64,000 bases of DNA from Macrostomum hystrix (taxonomy: Eukaryota; Animalia; Platyhelminthes): the NCBI GenBank assembly GCA_950097015.1, contig CATNEN010000037.1, positions 4,481,347 to 4,545,346 of the forward strand, in the 5' to 3' direction. The position numbers and the translations under genes are program-made. This document shows, in pieces, positions 11,501 through 20,300 of this stretch; the stretch's first letter is position 1; each line of letters starts with the position of its first letter. The notes under the pieces are model-generated. The model had not been told where the DNA came from. It searched no databases and worked only from the letters and a program-made list of their open reading frames with translations.

Positions 11501-13252
11501 TAGCTTGCTTTTCAGAAATTCTCTGAAAATTCGTCCATATGCTAGACTTTGGAAGACTAGACATTTGTATCTTTGCTGATGTCCTGAATCCTGATGATGA
11601 TCTGCAATTAATTAGATTAGATTTTTTTACTTATATTCAATGGTAGTTGTTATTTATTACTTATGAATTCAAATAAAATATTTAGAAATATGTAAAAAAA
11701 TATTATTAGGCCTACCCTATCATTTTATATATGATATAACCATGGAGATTTCACTTTGAAATTTGACAGAAATATATAGTTGGCTAAGGCTAATGACTTA
11801 TGACTTAAGGCTAATGAGTAGTAATGACGAATGGCTAAAGCCCACCTGGTTGCACCTTTACCCTTAGGACCCTTTGGGCTTTCCCTTGGCTATATAAGTA
11901 ATTCAAACCTTTCCTAAGAAATTTTACTATATGATATATATATATACTTGCAATTACAAATTTACAAAAAAATTATTCATTTTCTTAGCATTTATATTTA
12001 GAATTAAATAAATTTATTTAATTGTCATTGACAATAGTCAGGCTTAACTCACATATTTTGAATTTGGATTTTAAAGTGCCACACAGCCCACACTGGCCCA
12101 TGCATAGTACAATGCACTTTGTACATATTTAATTATGCTTATAGATTACAGTTACATATAGTTACAGATGATAGTAGACTATATATAGAGCTCCTTCATT
12201 AGACTGATTAGAAGAGAAATTAGCAAATGGTTGGGCTTGGACACTTGGGCCTATACTCAATAGTAAATACTAAATAGTAAATACCTAACCTAACTCCTAG
12301 ACTCCTGAGTCCTGAGTCCTGACTCCTGACTCCTGTCCTGTCCTGAGTAAAGATAATGCTGAGCTAATGGCAATGGCAATGCTGCCTGCCAGTGCCAGCC
12401 AGTGATATGATATGGAAACCCGTACAAACAACAATCCGACATCAGCCAATGTTGGCGACTTTTTCGACGTTGGCCAACGTCGCTGTAGCATTACCGCTTT
12501 TACCATCTCCTGAGTCCTGTCCTGAGTCCTGACCACCAACACCAACCAACCGACGTTTGACGTTTATTTAGATTTAGACGTCTGCTAGACGTCGGGTCGG
12601 GTCGGGATCGGATTCGGGACTCGGGACCGGGAGATAGGAAAAGTGGTAATGTTACATTACAGCGATGTCGGCCGACGGTCGACGTCGGGATCGGGTCGGG
12701 AGTCGGGACTCGGATTGTTGTACTTGTACTTGTACGTTGTACTTGTACGTTGTACGGGAAACTAGAAAGCTGAAAGCTAAAAGTTAAAACTTCTGGATCT
12801 GGAAGCCCTGAAAAATGACTGAATCTGAATCACTGAATGCTGAAAGCCTAGCTGAAAGTCTGAAACCCATCCTAGTAGCCGTAGGTGGTGATACGAAAGT
12901 TACGAAACACAAATTGCCCAAGACAAATCCCATTCTATTTTACGTTATAATATTTTCACTTTTGATTTCGAAGAAATTATTGAATTTAAATTTCTAATTT
13001 TCAAGAGTCACGACTCACGTTGAATTGTTTGCGACATTATGAATTGTGATGTGTATTGTTGTGGTTGTGACATTTGTCACGTTGTTGTGAGTCTTGTGAC
13101 TCTTTATATCTAGATTGTATTCCATTTTAGAATTTTAATAAGCATGTGAAAAACCGTGAAAAACCGGACCAAAAAACCGGTTTTTTCAAAACCGGTTTTT
13201 CGGCCCGAAACCGGTTTTTTGGCAAACCGGTTAACCGGAGTTGGCATCCCTA
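8598..13252 (-). mobile_element. Complete hAT (Ac/Tam3-type) DNA transposon, 4655 bp
   Basis: Perfect 12-bp TIRs TAGGGATGCCAA (8598-8609; 13241-13252), 8-bp TSD CTCCCTGA (8590-8597; 13253-13260), clustered AAAACCGG/AACCGGTT subterminal motifs at both ends, and an internal transposase. Confidence 0.97.
9480..11564 (-). CDS. hAT transposase with BED zinc finger, 694 aa, uninterrupted
   Basis: BED finger (IWTNF..CNICK..GGSTSAMHAHLKKLH), catalytic TLDEWT and TTDGAS, CxxH (CFAHAIH), TRWNS, and C-terminal dimerisation motif PPTSVEAERAFS. An acceptor near 11605 suggests a possible extra 5' exon. Confidence 0.93.
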   Translation of the reverse strand: MSSLPKSSIWTNFQRISEKQASCNICKTTIQTKGGSTSAMHAHLKKLHDIKLPVSGTNTKSGNSRMPRATSSISQPLQDSQAAPTATAAAGPVVQAALAGPTPAKQSKIVEFLSRKPVDDNAIFARMVAKDGIAFRLFVTSEDIRSGLQARGVHVPKSRETIKARVMLFADSVEAEIKTDLCARRKCGERFALTLDEWTGINNRRYMNVNIHLANRSHHNLGLVRVHGSMNAEACLQLVTEHVSKFGVDVTKDIIACTTDGASVMVKFGRLIHAEHHLCFAHAIHLAVSDVLYCPVATAVTSTVSVSDVEADACDDAEVAMLWDLSDEGTDGNAMQLNPTIQELIVKVRDVVKCFRGKPVRNDTLQSFVKASHGSELSLILDCRTRWNSLLSMVDRFLLLLKPIQRALLQLDLEFPLDRQDIARLNEINQALKPVELIVKTLCQRDCTIVTAINAVEFAILKLSSQESDPAQDLSSSLKLRIQERSGPIVTAAKFLFQYGATDSKSELNAVKYTLIALAKKLELCAQPEDNADQTASESGAAAAGLNMNLELSTRSEELAASSLPAPVAACSRPAEAIDSNRANQQEVCIGLEDQLKLFLQQKNEQPRNRNQSMTLESRIGREIEFLRIAQQRGTLLTQLYQGLQLIPPTSVEAERAFSASGSFLSKVRSRLTDTTLSRLVMLRHYFLKRERDT

Positions 13253-14843
13253 CTCCCTGATCCTGAGTGAAACTGCTAAGAAATGAGAGCTAACGCAAAC
13301 AGAAGTCACCATCTCTTAAGACTTAAAATAATACGATACGATCATTGATTTCAGGCCACGCGCGCCCATGGCGGGGTAGACAGATAGTAAAGCTGGTCGA
13401 TAAAATTTAAGGACTTCGATGATAAACAACACGAGACCCTTCTTATAATGTACATTCTGTGAATAAGGACCCCAAGCGAATGTACATTTAGAACTGGAAA
13501 GTTCTAAATTCCTTACCCAAAGATAGAATTCCTTACCCCCGCGCTGCGCCAACCTACACTGCCCCGATCTTACTGAAGTCATCACATAATAAATTTACTA
13601 AGCCATAATTAAAAAGGAAGTTCCAAACTATAAGGGCCCTAAGCTTGCCTGTGCCTAAGTTTCAACTTAAAGGGCTAAAAAACTACACTGCGAAAACAGA
13701 AGCTATGATTAAGCTTGTTGTCTAATAAAAGCTATATAAGCAGCTAAGGGTTGGTGTTTACTTTTTACAAGTTTAACTAACTTCCCTCCAGAGGTTGGGT
13801 AAATCGCACGCCCTCTCTGCAAAAACTTTCGGCACCATCCTGAAGGCTGCAGCTGGACAATGCCCACACCCAGACGGACGAGGCTGGATGACCAGGCAGA
13901 TGCTATTGATAAATGGAGCATCTATTGGCCGAATTAGCATGTCAATTTTTCAAATGAATTTTTTTTCAAATTTTTCAACAGCAAACACAGACAAATTTCA
14001 CACAATTTAGAAGAGTCAACAGAATTTTAATTATCTATCGAAGGTAAGACACAAAAAATGGCTAATTTTGCATGTAATCGTTACGCATGCCTCACATTCA
14101 GATCAGTGTATTTATACAATAAAATAACGACGCTTGCGCCAGGTAAAATTGCAGGGGTGACAATGGAAAAAACATGCAACAAAATTGAATTCAGCAACTG
14201 AATCGACTTTTTTGGCAAGCGCCTATTCGCTTTACTTGCACAACAAAAAACAAATACAAAACTGCCTACTCTACAATAGTAGTAAAAAAGGAATATATAT
14301 ATATATTTGTGGGCAAGCAGTTGTGGAAGCGGATAGCATAAATAGAGATATTGTTTTGGAAGCTCGAATAATTTCATAAATATGCACAGATATTGTGTAG
14401 ACTGTTGGCAATAATTATAATGCAAAATTTTAATATTTTAGTTGCAGATTTGAATCATTATGCCTGCTCACAAAAACGAAACTACGAGCACAATACTGGA
14501 CAAAATTGGCTTGGGAAACATCCAGAAAGTTAAGTATTGGGAAAATTGTTAGCACTGAGTGCACAGCCATCTCATTCTCAGCAAGCTTGCCTCTTGCCTG
14601 TGCTAAACTATTTTTTTGTAATTATAGAACCCATATTACGTTATCTAAAATGCGCGCACAGATAAGAGTGCTGAATAAGTGCGCAATACAGGTTTGAAAG
14701 CTTAACCAACTTAACCACTGCACATTGTGCACATTGAAGCCAGCTATTACGGGTGCATTGCGGAGCATTTCGTTTGCGACATTTACTTCCGTGTATCCAT
14801 CTAAATTCGCTTTCGCATTAAAAATGTTTTAACATTTTCGATC

Positions 14844-15440
14844 CCGGGTTTGAGGCAGCCTCTCTAACCTTTAACTCCGGGTTTTCGGCAGCCTCTCCAG
14901 CCTCCAATAATAAATTCCGGGTTTGGGGCAGCCTCAGCTCTAACCTCCAATTCCGGGTTTGGGGCAGCCTCAGCTCTAACCTCCAATTCCGGGTTTGGGG
15001 CAGCCTCTCTAACCTCCAATTCCGGGTTTGGGGCAGCCTCTCTAACCTCCAATTCCGGGTTTGGGGCAGCCTCTCTAACCTCCAATTCCGGGTTTGGGGC
15101 AGCCTCTCTAACCTCCAATTCCGGGTTTGGGGCAGCCTCTCTAACCTCCAATTCCGGGTTTGGGGCAGCCTCTCTAACCTCCAATTCCGGGTTTGGGGCA
15201 GCCTCTCTAACCTCCAATTCCGGGTTTGGGGCAGCCTCTCTAACCTCCAATTCCGGGTTTGGGGCAGCCTCTCTAACCTCCAATTCCGGGTTTGGGGCAG
15301 CCTCTCTAACCTCCAATCCCGGGTTTGGGGCTGCCTCTCTAACCTCCAATTCCGGGTTTGGTGCAAGCCTCTCTAACCTCCAATTCCGGGTTTGGGGCAG
15401 CCTCTCTAACCTCCAATTCCGGGTTTGGTGCAAGCCTCTC
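14844..15440. repeat. 33-bp minisatellite
   Basis: About 17 copies of TTCCGGGTTTGGGGCAGCCTCTCTAACCTCCAA; explains the repetitive ORFs 14818-15366 and 14864-15433. Confidence 0.95.
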
Positions 15441-16279
15441 TTACATTCGATCCCGGACGTAGGACTTTTCTTAATTCATATTAACTCTAAATTAACCTTA
15501 GCTTGTGAAAAAACCGTCATTCTCTTTACATTCAAAACTAGTGCTAGAGCCATTAGACAGGATTATTTTTTAACACATTCAGACTTTTAAGGCAAAAAAT
15601 ATGAAACAAAAATATTTTTAGGGGCGAAATAAGCGGTGTTAGTTTCAGCTGTACAAGCTGAATTTATATTATTAGTTTACAAGATGGAAGACATCTAAAT
15701 AAGCACTAAAGAGTGGGAGAAATTAACAGAAGTAGCCCACTGCGCTGGCAGTAACTTGAGTAGTAAAGATAGTGCAGAGAAAACAATTAGCAGCTGAAAC
15801 CCCAACCAAACAAAAAGTCAATTGAGGCTTTTTAAACAGCGAACCTTAACACCAGGGTTATGATCGGAATGATTGATTTGTGTACAAAATATGCTGGAAT
15901 AAAAAAATATACTTAAAAGGGTCTAGAGTAACTAGAGCAAGTAAACAGATTAGCAATTTTTTGTTATATATGTGTGCGAGTTAAACTCTAGAAGATGTAA
16001 ACTTCCCAAAAAGATTGTACAATTTAGAATGACGCATCAGGATTTTTTGTATGCATAATTAACTGACAAACGTAAACAAAACCTGCTGAAATATCAATGC
16101 GCGATTGAATTGCGTAGGTTATATCCACTGATCATTTTAATTATATAATATATTAGCTATATTGGCTGAAACAAAAAACATTTTGTACATTTAGCTCGAT
16201 AAATTACTGTGCAAATTTCGATTTGTCCGAGAACGTTGGCATGTAAATTGGACTTACATGCCAAAGTTAACTAAAAGGT

Positions 16280-16720
16280 TACATTTAGGTTTTCTGACTG
16301 CAAGTGTACATTTAGGTTGGCTGACTGCGAGTGTACATTTGGGTTGGCCGAATGCGAGTGTACATTTGGGTTGGCCGAATGCGAGTGTACATTGAATTTG
16401 GCTAACTGCGAGTGTAGATTTGGGTTGGCCGAGTACGAGTGTACATTGAATTTGGCTAACTGCGAGAATACAATAGGGTTGGTTGACTCCGAATGTACAT
16501 TTGGGTTTGCTGAATGCGAGTGTACAATAGGGTTGTCTAAATGCGAGTGTACATTGGGGTTGGGTAACTGCGAGTGTACATTGGGGTTGGCTTACTGCAA
16601 TTGTACATCTGGGTTTTCTGACTGCGAGTGTACATTGGAGTTGGCTAAATGCGAGTGTAGAATGGGGTTGGCTAACTGCGAGTGTACATTGGGGTTGGCC
16701 GAATGCGAGTGTACACTGGA
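16280..16720. repeat. Degenerate 27-bp minisatellite
   Basis: About 16 units of TGCGAGTGTACATTKGGGTTGGCYRAM, with many substitutions but no visible indels. Confidence 0.85.
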
Positions 16721-17366
16721 GCAATAATTTGAATAATATCGACAGAAATATTGTAAAGCAAGCAACAGAAAAAGATGTATGTTATAAAATGTGCCTGGCA
16801 TAGAATAACAGCAAAAGTCACACAAACAGTTGGCAAAAAAACAAGAAAAGAACTGATGCAACTGGTAAGCAATATTGCCATTAGACGACAGGGCTAGCTA
16901 CTATCAATTTTCAGCGGCACACAAGTTTGCGTAGCTATTAATAACATAAATGAACTGGTGTCCGCGACAGAGGAGGGTTAGAAAAAAGCAACAAAACTGC
17001 TAGGCAGAAAAGTGCAAATACGCTTAATGGTTTAAAGCGCTGTGGAAGCTTCGAGTTAAACAGTGTTGAACAGCAGCAAATATATTATTAAACATGTATT
17101 TTTATATTTACACATACAAGCACTTGGAGTAGTAATACAATAAAAAACTTATGGAGATGGCTGCTTCCGCCGCGAATTCACAAAACAGCATTTCTACTGG
17201 AAATAAATCTGACTGGTTTCGGGCCCGCGTACAGAATTATGCCTTCGAATCACTGCTGCAATCAGTATTTACAGAAATTAAAAGAGCAGACGGGACAATA
17301 GCTAGCAGAATAAAGAAGTGTATGAGTTAAGCAGCTAGACAGCAAGGGACAAACAATAAAGATGCT

Positions 17367-20300
17367 TCAAAGCAGGCCGCATTTAGAGCGCCTTGACTGC
17401 TTACCGCCGCTTTTGGAGTTGTAGAGCCTGGAAGCAGGAGACGGGGGCAATGGCAGTTCAATTACATCCTGTCCTGTCGTATTCAACTGCATGCTTCAGG
17501 AAAACGCTTTTCCAACCCTTATTATCTAGCAGAATCTAGTCCTGACTGCATGTCTGCACTAATTATCCAGCAGAATCCAGTCCCATCCCTAGTTATCCAG
17601 CAGAATCCAGTCCCATCCCTAGTTATCAAGCAGAATCCAGTCCCATCCCTAATTATCCAGCAGAATCCAGTCCCATCCCTAGTTATCAAGCAGAATCCAG
17701 TCCCATCCCTAATTATCCAGCAGAATCCAGTCCCATCCCTAGTTATCAAGCAGAATCCAGTCCCATCCCTAGTTATCCAGCAGAATCCAGTCCCATCCCT
17801 AGTTATCCAGCAGAATCCAGTCCCATCCCTAGTTATCCAGCAGAATCCAGTCCCATCCCTAATTATCCAGCAGAATCCAGTCCCATCCCTGGTTATCAAA
17901 CAGAATCCAGTCCCATCCCTAATTATCCAGCAGAATCCAGTCCCATCCCTAGTTATCAAGCAGAATCCAGTCCCATCCCTAATTATCCAGCAGAATCCAG
18001 TCCCATCCCTAGTTATCAAGCAGAATCCAGTCCCATCCCTAGTTATCCAGCAGAATCCAGTCCCATCCCTAGTTATCCAGCAGAATCCAGTCCCATCCCT
18101 AGTTATCCAGCAGAATCCAGTCCCATCCCTAGTTATCCAGCAGAATCCAGTCCCGTCCCTAGTTATCCAGCAGAATCCAGTCCCATCCCTAGTTATCCAG
18201 CAGAATCCAGTCCCATCCCTAGTTATCCAGCAGAATCCAGTCCCATCCCTAGTTATCCAGCAGAATCCAGTCCCATCCCTAGTTATCCAGCAGAATCCAG
18301 TCCCGTCCCTAGTTATCCAGCAGAATCCAGTCCCATCCCTAGTTATCCAGCAGAATCCAGTCCCATCCCTAGTTATCTAGCAGAATCTAGTCCTGACTGC
18401 ATGTCTGCACTAATTATCCAGCAGAATCCAGTCCCATCCCTAGTTATCCAGCAGAATCCAGTCCCATCCCTAGTTATCAAGCAGAATCCAGTCCCATCCC
18501 TAATTATCCAGCAGAATCCAGTCCCATCCCTAGTTATCAAGCAGAATCCAGTCCCATCCCTAATTATCCAGCAGAATCCAGTCCCATCCCTAGTTATCAA
18601 GCAGAATCCAGTCCCATCCCTAGTTATCTAGCAGAATCCAGTCCCATCCCTAGTTATCCAGCAGAATCCAGTCCCATCCCTAGTTATCCAGCAGAATCCA
18701 GTCCCATCCCTAATTATCCAGCAGAATCCAGTCCCATCCCTAGTTATCAAGCAGAATCCAGTCCCATCCCTAATTATCCAGCAGAATCCAGTCCCATCCC
18801 TAGTTATCAAGCAGAATCCAGTCCCATCCCTAATTATCCAGCAGAATCCAGTCCCATCCCTAGTTATCAAGCAGAATCCAGTCCCATCCCTAGTTATCCA
18901 GCAGAATCCAGTCCCATCCCTAGTTATCCAGCAGAATCCAGTCCCATCCCTAGTTATCCAGCAGAATCCAGTCCCATCCCTAGTTATCCAGCAGAATCCA
19001 GTCCCGTCCCTAGTTATCCAGCAGAATCCAGTCCCATCCCTAGTTATCCAGCAGAATCCAGTCCCATCCCTAGTTATCCAGCAGAATCCAGTCCCATCCC
19101 TAGTTATCCAGCAGAATCCAGTCCCATCCCTAGTTATCCAGCAGAATCCAGTCCCATCCCTAGTTATCCAGCAGAATCCAGTCCCAACTGCCCTGATTAT
19201 CTGGAAGCATATCCTACTACGAACTGCAGGATTTTAACTAGAGATGGAATAATTGGTATGAAAAATCACAGCCAGCGAAACTGATGTGCACGATTTAGAC
19301 TAAACACTGAAAATTTTGAATACAAAAAGGCCAATTTAGAACCCTCAGTTTATGCAAATCACTTTCAATCATATAGCTAATAGTAGGAAATACTATGTGA
19401 AATTAAAAAAACATTATAACTGCCGGATGTGCGGCAATGATGCTATTTATCATATCCTATAATTATAATCCTCTCACATGTTCTATTTAGATTTTCAGTA
19501 AACTCCTACTTAACATATTATTGATTGAATCAGCAATTTGATTGGACGAAGGTCTCACCTGAGCAATCGCACCAGATCATGAAACACCTGGTCAACATTG
19601 ACTCTAGTCTTGGCGCTAGTCTCAATGTAGGCACAGTAGGGATTAAATTCCTGATGCCGCTGCACCAGCTCCTGGGCGACGGACTGGTCAATGCAGCGAT
19701 CATTCTGCAAATCTATTTTATTACCGGCCACCATAATGGGAAAAGCTTCGCGATCCTTCACCCTGTAGATGAGCTGAATCAGCGAGTCGACTTCTTCGAA
19801 GCCTTTCTGGTCAGTAACGGAGAATACAACAAGAAAGGCCTGGCCTAGGCGCATGTACTGCTCCCGCATTGAGGTGAACTCCTCTTGGCCTGTTTGATAT
19901 TTATGCAGGATAGTTAGGTAATTGAGTTGTTTTTGACCTACAACTCTATATAATGTGGAACACATTTTTCTGTAATTTTAACTCTGTAATTTTAATCTAG
20001 GACAAAAATGGTCTGTTTGCACACCTGCAGTATCTAGGATGTCCAATCGCGCCATCTCATTGTCAATGTAGCAGGACTTGCTAAATGAATCCTCAATTGT
20101 TGGATCATAGTCTAGGAAGAACTTTGACTAAAAACAAGCAGAGAGATGACAATCTTTATTCATATAGAAAAAAAGTTGTTTGGAATGGATTTTAACTTCT
20201 TAAAGCATACATTGTTCACATTATTAATGCACAAGTACATACATTTTCCAAACATTTTCTGTAGAACATTCTATTTCTAAAAATGTTCTTATTAAAATCC

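Noticed and set aside
10186-11526. + strand ORFs within the hAT
   Set aside because: Antisense shadows of the transposase CDS.
14818-15433. Long repetitive ORFs (also 17550-18380, 26754-27537, 28396-29372, 34361-35953, 40753-41194, 53191-54534)
   Set aside because: Artefacts of stop-free satellite units, open in several frames or on both strands, and lying in introns or intergenic DNA.
17523-19186. Regular 30-bp (also 32-, 33- and 26-bp) arrays resembling CRISPR repeats
   Set aside because: Units are head-to-tail with no unique spacers, there are no cas genes, and the context is eukaryotic with introns.
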